From positions 4,320,001 to 4,384,000 of the forward strand of contig OY820905.2 of assembly GCA_963555755.3 (NCBI GenBank): 64,000 nucleotides of DNA. The letters run 5' to 3'. The notes beneath the pieces were generated by a model, which had not been told where the DNA came from, did no database searches, and saw nothing but the letters and a program-made list of their open reading frames with translations. The position numbers and the translations under genes were made by a program. This document shows, one piece after another, positions 43,068 through 53,494 of the stretch. Origin of the DNA: Nitrospirales bacterium. Lineage in GTDB: Bacteria > Nitrospirota > Nitrospiria > Nitrospirales > UBA8639. Each line of letters opens with the position of its first letter. Positions within the stretch are counted from its first letter, which is position 1.

Positions 43068-46000
43068 CAATGGCATTCGTTTAAGAAACTGGGTGCATTC
43101 GTTTAAGGAATTGGCCTCATTCGTTTAAGACACGGGTTCCATTCCCTTAAAGGGCTCTCAGATAGGGGCCATCGACGCTGTGGGTTTCCTTGGCTGTCTG
43201 TTCTTTTTGGGGCTTGTCAAGTTAACTGTGTAACTGAATTGTGGGCTAGATTGTTGGCACTCGATCTCCTAAGAACATGGCGAATTGGTTGAGAGCCCGC
43301 TTCCAGTGCGGAATGGGCATCGTCCATTGCTTCGCAATCCGCTGCATCCCTAAATACCGCACCTTCAGAATTGATTCATCTGTCGGAAAGGCTCCCCGAC
43401 TTTTCAGGACTTTGCGTAACGAAAAATTCACCGATTCGATCGCATTGGTGGTATAGAGGGCTTTCCTGATTTCTGGGGGATAATCAAAAAAGATCGTGAG
43501 CCGACTCCAATGCCGTCGCCACGTCGCACTGCTCGTCGGATATTTCGCATCCCCCGTCGGGGCAAATCGCTCGAATGCGGCTTCCGCCTCCGACAACGTC
43601 GCGGCGCCATAGAGGGCCGCAGATCCCGCGCCACGGCTCGTCGCGCTTTCCACACCACATACCGCAAGGATTGCCGTACCTTATGCACAATGCACAGTTG
43701 CACCTGGGTGTGTGGGAACACCGTCTCCAAGGCTTCTGGCAAGCCCTCAAGCCCCTCAACGCAAGCCACAAACCAATCCCGGACCCCGCGCTGCTGGAGT
43801 TCGGTGAAGATCGACAGCCAGAACTTGGCCCCTTCGGTCTCACTGATCCAGAGCCCCAGGAGTTCTTTCTCGCCCTGTAGATTCACCCCTAAGGCCACAT
43901 ACACGGCTTTATTCTTGACGACGCCCTCCTGCCGAGACTGCACACACAGACAATCGAAGGACAGAATCGGATACACGGCATCTAAGGGCCGACTCTGCCA
44001 GATGCGCACATCCTCCCACACCGCATCAGTGATGGCCGAAATAAGCGTGGGCGACACCTCCACGTCATAGAGTTCTTCCAGATGCCCTTGAATGTCGCGA
44101 GTCGTCAGCCCTCGGGCATACAACGCCAGGACCTTCTCATCAAACCCTTCCACGCGCCGGTGGCGTGTGGGCACCAACAGCGGCTCAAAGCGGCCTTGAC
44201 GATCACGGGGCACCTGGAGCGGGAGATCCCCGTGGGCCGTCTGCACCGTGTTCGACGGGCTCCCATTGCGGGCATTGCCGGATCCACGGCCCTCAGGGGC
44301 ATGAGGGGCATAGCCCCAATGCTCGGTCAGTTCTGCCCGCAGGGCGCGTTCTACGAGCCGTTTCGTGAGACGCTTCACCAGCCCATGTGTGCCGAATATG
44401 TCTTCGGGTGACGCACACCCTTCCCATAGCTCATCTAACAGCACATCGGTTTTGCTTGGGGTCTTGGCTCTGGTCATCAGTCCTCCTTATTCAATGGATC
44501 CGTCATGATAACCAGTTACACAGTTTATCTTACAGGCCCGCTTTTTGGGTGGACGCCACTTGGACTCCGGCTTCATGGATGTTCGAGGATCGGATCGGCC
44601 CGGCCTGACCTTTTGGTAGTGACCCACGATGGACTCGAAGGCGCGGTGGACTGCGGTCTGCATCCGGCTATGGAGCAAGAGCAGGTCTTCGAGGCTCCTT
44701 GCACACACGTGCATGCAATGTGTGAAGTTGGTCTTGAGTGTTCGTATCGCCCTGGTGCCGGCTCCAGACATGGACGATCCGGAAGGGGGCATGGGCGCAG
44801 CTGAGGGGGGCTCTGGATTGAGCGCGCGGTCCGCCCGATTGGCGAACAGGCGGTTCATGGTGCTCAGGACAAAATGCGCGAAGAGCTCTTGCTTGACGCC
44901 GCGCTCGGTTCTGGCGTGAAAGTCCTCGATGGTGAAGATGCGCGTGCTGACCTTGGAGCGTTCCTCGATCCCCCAGCGGGCATGGTAGAGATCCATGAAC
45001 TCGTGCAGCGGATACCGCTGCTGAGGTGCGACCAAGGTGGTGCCCAAGCAAAATAGGTTGCCGGCCATGTCATATTTGATGAGTCGCAGGGTCAATGGGA
45101 TGATGGCGAGAGAGGGAGAGGCTGTCCGGATGTCTCGTTGCGTGCGGGTGGCGGGAGAGATGGTGACCGTGAGGTCGGTCTCCGGGCTGGCAACACACTC
45201 TTGCATCTCCTTGAAGCCGCTGTCTTGGAGACGAAAAATCGCATGGATGCCGGTGTGGCAATGCTGAGGGAGCAGGACAGAGGAGAAATAGCCTCGGTCG
45301 TACACCACGACGTCGTTGGGTGCCAGCACGGTCAGGTGCTGCAGGGCGCACTGTCGCTCGTGGCCCTGCGCGACGAGATCGAAATCCCAGGGCAATTGTG
45401 ATGTGAGGTGGTAGCGGCAGCGCAGCAACCCTTGCGGATAGTGCGCGTTGTCGGAGGGCAGGGGGTAGCCGCACGCCCGCAACTCGCGGGGCAGGGTGAT
45501 TGTTGACCCATCGACGGCAAACAGCCGATGGCCCAACCAGGTGTCGCTGGCGGCCTCAGGCGCATACGCCTCCAGGATTTTCCGATTGACGCACGTGAAC
45601 ATGCCTTCGTCCAGTTTGCGGCGTGCCACACAACACGACGCCGGCGCGATGCTGTGGGGTTGCGGGAAGGCCAGCTCCAATGTGTCGCACCTGTCCCACA
45701 GGTCATCGATGGTGGTGCCGTAACTTTGGGAGTGTTGGGACGACACTCAGCGAAAGATCAAGAGCATCAGGATCAGCGAATCGATCACGCGTTTCCGGAC
45801 GCGCCACTGTTCATCATACTGGGCCGCTACCTCGTGGAAGATAGGGACCACCTGTTTCCACAATGCGACAAACGCCTCCCCGACGGATCGTGTGTGACTC
45901 GCTCGCACGTCGTGGCGATAGCGTGTCTTCACCTCGACGGCCTGATGGCCTTCGGTCAGGCACGCTTGCCAGTCGGCTTGCAGTGGATACAGCAAAATCT

Positions 46001-46927
46001 CTTTTTTCGTGGGCGGCCGGTCCTGAGTCAAGCCCCACCGCCCGCGCCCTTCGGTGTGGCCCACGAAGTGCCAATTGGCCGCCCGATAACAGGTCCCGGC
46101 GAACCGGGAGGGATCGACGAACGTCTCAATCAGCACCGGGCGATAGCCGTAGACCTCGACCCAGTCGTCCCCGATCTGCTTGGTGGCCAGCGCGAGCACG
46201 TGGCTGGCGAGATTCGGAACAGCAATCCACGGAAAGATCAGAAACCGATCGTGGCGCAACACCAACGGGAGGAGCTTCCTCCGATGCGTCGTGTCCCAGC
46301 CGATCCAGTGATCGCGCGGCGCCAACGCCCAGGCCGCCGAGGCCGAAAACAGCAGACAGCCGAGCGGGTGCTGCCGGACTGCCGAGACCACCAGAGAGGC
46401 TTTCCAGCAGGCGCGCTCTTCCTTTGAGGTCACCCGGTGCAGGGTGATGGGGGCCAGGGCGGCGAGAATGTCGGTGAGCGGTGCGGTGGCCGGCGGCTCT
46501 TTGAACGCCGGGATGGGATGCCTCGGCGCCCGCTTGTTGCGGGTGGCCGGTAGCGTCACGACCCCGTGCGCTTCCAGCTCGCTCAGCAAGGTCAAACAGG
46601 AATTCACCTTGTTGTGGCCAGTGGGCGTGGTCCACTCGAGATGGTCACAGACGGTGAGGGCCAATTCCTTCCGGCTCAGGTGGGGGAACAGCTGGACGGT
46701 TTCTTGCACCTGCGCCAACTGCTTGCGGGTGAACCGTCGCCCGCTAAAGGTGGTCTTGGGTAAGGTGTCCACAGTCTTCATCGAGGATAGTCTCTCAGAA
46801 GACGGCAAAGAAGTTAAGCGAAAAAGGACACCAAGGCGACTTCGGTTCAGAAGTCCTGATCAATCAACCAGTTCCGTTGATGACAGAGAAGGCGGATGTT
46901 TCGTTAGAACGAAAGTGAATGCCATTG
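43068..46927 (-). mobile_element. Degenerate DUF4338-IS4 element (copy 3), interrupted by IS256
   Basis: Both CAATGGCATT ends are present. Transposase is split (45747-46808, 44487-45746) by an in-frame stop, lacks the YHYLG segment and has an altered YREK-like motif. Flanks do not form a TSD. Confidence 0.88.
43210..44539 (-). mobile_element. IS256-family element, frameshifted
   Basis: TIRs GGGCTTGTCAAGTTAACTGTGTAACTG / GGGCCTGTAAGATAAACTGTGTAACTG; TSD (T/G)CTTTTTG; motifs VPRDR.G.FEP, QLCIVH, YTTNAIES in two frames. Confidence 0.9.
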
Positions 46928-47154
46928 CCCATCGGGCCCCTCCCCCGCGGCCTGGAGCCGCTGAACCTAACCGTGCCCGCTCACCCCCGAAGGACTTGCC
47001 CCGTCGAGGGCGCTCATGGCCTGATGGAGTGGACTCGCCCATGTCTCCCTTTTCCCCCTTTGGTGCCCCCTGGGGCGAGGCCCCCGCCCTGTCGGTTACC
47101 CCGGCCTGGGAGGGGGGCTCCTACTGGCAGGCCTTTGGGGGAGGCGGACCCTGG

Positions 47155-47879
47155 TTATTGTGGCATCGGAAGGCCACACGCATCGTTTCTATAGAAAGGG
47201 AAGGTCCCGCCCACCGTAAAAGCATCATGCTCCAACAGGCAGAGTTCGGCGGTGGGTAGATCTAACTGCATGCTAAGATCGAATCGACCTTCAGCAGTGG
47301 TCCCAAACACGGTGCAATTTCCAAATTCTCCAAATTTTCTGGCACCCGTGAAGAAATTGTTACCTACATCCTGCACACAAGCTGCCGTCGACTGGAACTC
47401 GATGTCCCCATCCTCATCGTCGTCAAATTTGTCCAGGCAACGGTCGAGAGTCCCGCAATCCGCTGGGGTATTCGTGAGCCACAAGTCGGCCAAGGTACTG
47501 CCTTCCGGCCACCCTTCCGGTTGCGTGCCATTCCAACACGGACACTCACTGTCCGAGACAAGGCAGGGCATCGGCGGATCGCCTTCCTGCATTTTCTTGT
47601 TGTAGTTTCGTAACAGGCGGTCGCCCGAACGGCCGCAGGCGGCGGGGTCCTCGAGACAGTCGGTTTCCCAATCCTGGGCTTCGCAGAAGGCAATGCATAA
47701 CCCGTAGAGCCCCTTGGTGTATCCATCTTTCAGTTCGTCGCACACGGACTTCTGGGCGGGCGTCTCGCCGTCTGGCGTTTGGGCGTGAGCGTGGCTGACC
47801 GCGCCACTCCCCACCCAGGCGATCAACACAAAAAAAGGCACACTCCACATCGTGCAGTATTGTCGTCGAGTCATGATCA
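47155..47879 (-). CDS. Secreted cysteine-rich hypothetical protein
   Basis: RBS AAGGAG before ATG ~47879/47873; signal peptide (…SHAHA|Q); many Cys, e.g. GLYGLCIAFCEAQD, PPMPC, CPCW. Confidence 0.75.
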
Positions 47880-47946
47880 TTCTCCTTTCGGTTTTGAAGG
47901 TCTTCATCATCTTCCTGACTTCGAGGGTGGGGAGCTCCCATCGGGC

Positions 47947-50524
47947 CAATGGCATTCGTTTAAGGAATGGGCGGCATTCGTTTAAGGATTTGGCTCATTC
48001 GTTTAAGAAACGGATTCCATGTGCTTAAGGGACTTTCAGATAGAGGCCATCGACCCTGTGGGGTTCTTGGACTGGCTGTTCTTTTTGGGTGGATGCCACG
48101 TGGACTCCGGTTTCATGGATGTTCGAGGATAGGATCGGCCCGGCCTCACCCGTTGGTAGTGACTCACAATGGACTCGAAGGCCCGTTGGACGGCGGTCTG
48201 CATCCGAGCATGGAGCACGAGCAGATCTTCGAAGCTTCGCGCAAACACGTGAAGGCAATGTTTGAAGTTGGTCTTGAATGTCCGCCTCGCCCCGGTGCCG
48301 GTTCCAACTATGGACGATCCGGGAGGGGCCATGGGCTCAGCTGCGGGGGCTTCGGGATTGAGTGCGTGGTCCGCCCGATTGGCGAACAGCCGGTTCATGG
48401 TGATCAGGACGAAATGCGCGAAGAGCTCTTGTTTGACGCCGCGCTCGGTTTTGGCATGAAACTCCTCGATGAGGAACAGGCGCTTGCTCACCTTGTAGAG
48501 TTCCTCGATGCCCCAACGGGCATGGTAGAGATCCATGAACTCCTGGAGCGGATACCGCTGCTGGGGGCCGACCAGGGTGGTGCCCAAGCAAAATCGGCTG
48601 CCGGCCATCTCATATTTCAGAAGCCGCAGGCTCAACGGGATGATGGCGAGATCAGGATAGACCGCCCGGATGTCTCGTTGCGTGCGTGCGGCGGGGAAGA
48701 GGGTGACCGTGGTGTCGGTGTCCGGGCCGGCAAAAAACTCTTGAATCTCCTTGAACCCGCTGTCTTGGAGACGAAACACGGCGTGGATCCCGGCGGTCCA
48801 GTGCTGATGCAGCAGGACGTAGGAGAAATAGCCTCGATCGTACACCACGACATCGTTGGGCTTCAGCACAGCCAGGTGCCGCAGGGCGCACCGTCGCTCG
48901 TTGCCATGCGCGACGAGGTCGAAATCCCAGGGCACTTGCGACGTGAGGTGGTAGAGGCAACTCAGCAACCCTTGAGGATAGTGTGCATTGTCAGAGGGCA
49001 AGGGGTAGCCACACGCCCGCAACGCGCGGGGCAGTGTAAGCTTGGAGCCATCGACGGCAAACACCCGATGGCCCAACCAGGTGTCGTTGGAGTCGTGTGG
49101 GGCATAGGCGTCCAGAATGTTCCGGTTGACGGACTGGAAAATGGCTTCGTCCAGTTTGCGACGTGCGACACAAAAGGACGCCGGCGCGATGCTGTGGGGT
49201 TGCGGGAGCGCGAGCGCCAGGTTGTCGCAACTGTCCCACAAGTCATCAATGGTGGTGCCGTAACTTTGGGAGTTGGTTGACGACACCAACCGAAAGATCA
49301 ACAGCATCAGGATCAGGGAATCGATCACCCGTTTCCGGACGCGCCACTGGTCATCGTACTGGGCCGCCACGTCGTGGAGGATGTGGACCACCTGTTTCCA
49401 CCAGGCGACAAACCCTTCCCCGACGGACCGTGTGCGACTGGCTCGCACGTCGTTGCGATAGCGTGTCTTCACCGTGACGGCTCGATGCCCGGCAGTCAGG
49501 CACGCGCGCCAGTCGGGTTGGAGCGGATAGAGAAAAATCTCTTTTGTCGTGGGTGGACGGTCCGACGTTGAGCCAAACCGCCCGCGCCCCTCGGTGTAGC
49601 CCACGAAGTGCCAATTGGCCGCTCGATAACAGGTCCCGGCAAACCGGGAGGGATCGATGAACGTTTCAATCAGCACCGGGCGATAACCGTAGACTTCAAC
49701 CCAGTCGTCCCCGATCTGCTTGGTGGCCCGCGCCAGCACATGGCTGGCGAGATTCGGCACGTCAATCCACGGAAAGATCAAAAACCGATCATTGCGCAAC
49801 ACCAATGGCAGGAGCTTCCTCCGGTGCGTCACGTCCCAGCCAATCCAGTGATCTCTGGGGGCCAGCGCCCAGGCGGCCGAGGCCGAAAACAGCAGACAGC
49901 CCAGCGGGTACGGCTGGGCGGCCGATCTCACCAGATAGCCCAGCTGGGCCCCGATCGGGTGTTTATAGCCCAAATAATGATAGGTCTGCAGGTAGGCTTT
50001 CCAGCTCTCGCGTTCCTCTTTCGAGACCACCCGGTGCAGGGTAATTGGGGCCACGGCGGCGAGGGTGTCGGTGAGTGGCTCGGTGGGGGGCGGCTCGTGA
50101 AACGCAGGGATGGGGTGTCCCGGCGCGCGCTTGTGGCGCGTGGCCGGCAGAGTCACGATCCCGTGCGCTTCCAGCTCGGTCAGCAAGGTCAAACAGGAAT
50201 GAATCTTGTTGTGGCCCGTCGGCGTGGTCCAGCTGAGATGCTCACAGACGGTGAGGGCCAATTCCTTCCGACTCAGGTGGGGGAACAGCTGGACGGTTTC
50301 TTGGACCTGCGCCAACTGCTTGCGGGTGAACCGCCGCCCGCTAAAGGTCGTCTTGGGTAAGGTGTCCACAGTCTTCATCGAGGATAGTCTCTCAGAAGAC
50401 GGAAAAGAAGTCAAGCGAAAAAGGACACCAGGGCGACTTCGGTTCAGAAGCCCTGATCAATCAACCAGTTCCGCTGATAACAGAGAAGGCAGATTGTTCG
50501 TTCGAACCAAACCGAATGCCATTG
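47947..50524 (-). mobile_element. DUF4338-IS4 element, copy 2 (transposase 48036-50414)
   Basis: 2578 bp; protein identical to copy 1; 10-bp TSD CCCATCGGGC. Confidence 0.93.
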
Positions 50525-50729
50525 CCCATCGGGCCCCTCCCCCGCGGCCTGGAGCCGCTGAACCTAACCGTGCCCGCTCACCCCCGAAGGGCTGGGCCCT
50601 TCGAGGGCGTTCATGGCCTGGTGGAGTGGATTCGTCCATCTTTCCCTTTTCGCCCCTGCGGTTCCCCCTGCGGCGATGCCTATCGTGAGAACAAGGTTTC
50701 ATTGTCCCATGGAATGACAACGAGGACTA

Positions 50730-50802
50730 TCAGCTAAACCCCCAAATGTTCGTCAGCTAAACCCCCAAATGTTCGTCAGCTAAACCCCCAAATGTTCGTC
50801 AG
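50730..50802 (+). repeat. 23-bp tandem repeat x3.2 (TCAGCTAAACCCCCAAATGTTCG)
   Basis: Units start at 50730, 50753 and 50776. Confidence 0.92.
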
Positions 50803-50807
50803 ATTTT

Positions 50808-52767
50808 GGGAATAGGAAATTCAAAAGGCCTTTTTGAGAGAATAGCAAAGTACCAAAGACCTCGTTGAGGATTCAATCCCCAGCTTCGCTGTCCGACATG
50901 CGAGCGTTCATCCTGCGAGGAGGGTCTGACCAGCACATTTTTCTTGGATCGGGCCAGGATGTCGCTCCATTGTGGCGCGTGGGCATGGGAACTGGGCAAA
51001 GGGGGAGTGTCGGTTCGGGTACCGAACCGGAATCCGGGGAGGGATTAGGCTGTTTGCATGAATGCGTCGAGGCGGGCTGGGGCTCGTGGTGGGGCGCGGC
51101 GGGGTAGGCCCAGGTGGCCCAGAATCTTGATGATCACCGCGGGATCCTCGATGCCTGTCCTGAGCCAGCCGAAGGGGCCGCGAGGATGGTCAATGGCCCG
51201 CCGCATTGTGGACAGGTGGTGAGGTCGATGGCGAAGACGCGTTTGAGTCATTGGGCCCAACTCAGGCGGGCTCGTGTGGAAGGAGCGAGGGCATCGCCCT
51301 CCTCATTGGCGGTGTTCGGCGCCGGGTCGGCCTCGCCGGGCACGATCTGGGACCGCAGCGCCGCGTTGGGTGCCAGCACGCCATGGAAACGAATGAGATG
51401 GAGCCGAGGACGTGGGACGAGGGTGGCCAGGCGTTGCAGGAATTCCAGCGGGGTCATCACCAGATGGGTGGTGCCATCGCGGTACGGGGTTTTGAGTTGG
51501 AGGACGACCTCGCCGGCTGGTGTACGGCGCAGGCGTTTATGGCCCAGGGCCGGACGGGTGATGTCGCGACAGCGCTGTTCGAGTTTTTGTCGCTGATGGG
51601 GACCACACCATGTGTCCGCATGCAGACTGAACCCTTGCGCACTGACACACCCCTGGGATTGCGGCATGTCTGGGCTCGCGAGGCGCAACGACGGATCTTT
51701 CCACGTCAGCACTTTTTGGCCGGCTCGGGGGCCAAGGGCAATGCGGTAGGTGCAGGCGGCCGCATGCAGCGGCGCCAAGGCGGGATCGGCATCGGGGTCG
51801 GTCAGATACGGAATCTCGGTGTCTTCCTCCGTGAGCGCACCGTGGCGCGTTAAGGCCTTCAGCAGCCGGGTGATGATCCGCGTGAGGACGGTCTGCAGTT
51901 GGTCAGCGGTAGGGGACGGCACGGGCTGACAGATCGGCCCCCCGTCGGTGAGGCGATAGACGCCATCGAGCATCAGGCAATGCAGATGAATATTGAGATT
52001 GGCGGCGGAGCCAAAGCGTTGGATGCGGTTTGCGCCTGGGCATGGGTCAAGCCGGCTTGGTGGATCACGAAGGTCGAGAGGGCGCGGTGAATGACTTGCA
52101 ACACTGGGGAAAGAAGCTGCGGCTGGGTTGCGAACAGATGCCGCAAGGGGATAGGACACGAGACCAGCCATTGGCGCACGGGCACGTGAGGGATCACCTG
52201 CTCCACCAGATGGGCGGCAGTCTCGGCCATGCGTCTGGCGCCACAGGCCGGGCAAAACCCGCGGCGTTTACAGGAGAAGGCCACCAGCTTCTCATGGGCG
52301 CAGTCCCCACATCGCAGGCGCAGAAACCCGTGCGCTCAGGGCTCGCGAAACAATACCTTCCCATTTTCGCATCCCAGCTTCAGGCCATCTTGAGCCGATC
52401 TTCACTCGCAAAATCCTCAACGTGGGCGTTGCTACGCCTGCGGTTTTGCTCCCTCAGATCGACTCAATCTGACCCAAATCTGGGCGCGAATTCTGGGAAG
52501 GTATTGTTTCGCGAGCCCTCAGATGCTGCCTTCCAGAAATGCCTCGAACTCGTCTTTGACAAACTGAGGCAGCCCCGACCCCGTTTCCTGTTCGACTTGG
52601 GCCAAGAAGGTGTCGACGTGATCTTGGATCACCTGGTAGAGCGTGGTCTCTTCGGGACGGCGGCGTTCGTAGGGAGCCGGGGTGTCATCGGCTGGAGCCG
52701 GGCTCGTGGTCTTGGGGCTCGCGCCACCGCGCGTTGACGGAATCGCTGTTCCCAGGGCCGCCAGCAT
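50808..52767 (-). mobile_element. IS91/ISCR-like rolling-circle element, transposase inactivated
   Basis: YERRRPEET.LY, Zn domain (RC.DC...AFSCKRRGFCPAC), HUH motif NIHLHCL, FSLHA, TPLEFLQRLA.LVP.PRLHLIRFHGV. oriIS-like end CCTTTTGAATTTCCTATTCCC at 50808-50828. Frameshifts and a MITE insertion are present. Confidence 0.85.
52339..52518. mobile_element. MITE family A-related element inside the IS91-like transposase
   Basis: TIR GGGCTCGCGAAACAATACCTTCCCA; TCA TSD. Confidence 0.88.
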
Positions 52768-52785
52768 CGTTCGGGCGCCGTGGGC

Positions 52786-53361
52786 TTAGGTGGGATAGGT
52801 GCGTATCACCGCGATGACCACGGCGGCAATGCGCAGGTGCTGCTTCGGGACAATCGTCGGGAAGTGTGGGTTCGCGGGTTCCAGTAAGACGCGCCGCCCC
52901 CGCTTGCGGAACACTTTCATCGTCCACTCGCCATCGACCTCGGCAATCACGATGTCCCCCGTCTTGGCCTCCTTCCGGCGCTCCACCAGGACGGCATCCC
53001 CTGGGAGAATTCCGGCGTCGATCATGGACTCACCTTGAACCCGAAGTAGGTAGGTGGCCTGCGGGTTGCGGATGAGGTGTGTCTCCAGATTGATGGTGTC
53101 GAGGTGGACCTCTTCCGCCGGCGCGGGGATGCCCGCCTCCACGGTGCCCAACAGGCGAATCTCGGAAAAGTATCGACTGGGCAGGAGCCGCCCGGCGTCG
53201 TCCTGTTGGATCAGGTGGGCGGCGAGGAGCTTCTTAACCAGCTTGGCGGCGGCATTGGTGGAGCGAAACCCGGCCATCCGCATGATTTCCCGGTAGGTAG
53301 GCATGCGCCGGTGCGTGCGGTAGAAGGCGACAATGGCAGGGAAATGGGAGTGGGGTTCCAT
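52786..53361 (-). CDS. lexA: LexA-family repressor (S24 peptidase)
   Basis: wHTH 'MPTYREI...GFRSTNA', Ala-Gly site VEAGIP, catalytic Ser (GESM) and Lys (EWTMK); start ATG 53361. Confidence 0.85.
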   Translation of the reverse strand: MEPHSHFPAIVAFYRTHRRMPTYREIMRMAGFRSTNAAAKLVKKLLAAHLIQQDDAGRLLPSRYFSEIRLLGTVEAGIPAPAEEVHLDTINLETHLIRNPQATYLLRVQGESMIDAGILPGDAVLVERRKEAKTGDIVIAEVDGEWTMKVFRKRGRRVLLEPANPHFPTIVPKQHLRIAAVVIAVIRTYPT

Positions 53362-53370
53362 GAGGGGGCA

Positions 53371-53400
53371 AGGGTAGGGTGAACAGATGTTCACTGTCAA
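53371..53400 (-). promoter_or_regulatory. Sigma70 promoter with a GAAC-N4-GTTC operator between -35 and -10
   Basis: Minus strand TTGACA-GTGAACATCTGTTCAC-CC-TACCCT (18-nt spacer); palindrome at 53379-53394. Confidence 0.72.
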
Positions 53401-53494
53401 GCACCCCGGCCTTTTTTTTTGGTTAGGGAGGTCAGGTTTTGATTGAATCTATCTACCAGGGTGCCGCTGGCGAGATACGGGGGATCATTTATGA

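Larger units (their letters stand above)
33208..53494. mobile_element. ~20.3 kb genomic island bounded by proS 3'-end direct repeats
   Basis: Flanking 508-bp repeats; cargo of glycosyltransferases, many IS and lexA; heterogeneous base composition; no integrase seen. Confidence 0.8.

Noticed and set aside
50730..50802. Mini-CRISPR or c-di-AMP riboswitch (GTCAGCTAA motif)
   Set aside because: Head-to-tail repeats without spacers; the remaining ydaO elements are not on the same strand or in the right order.
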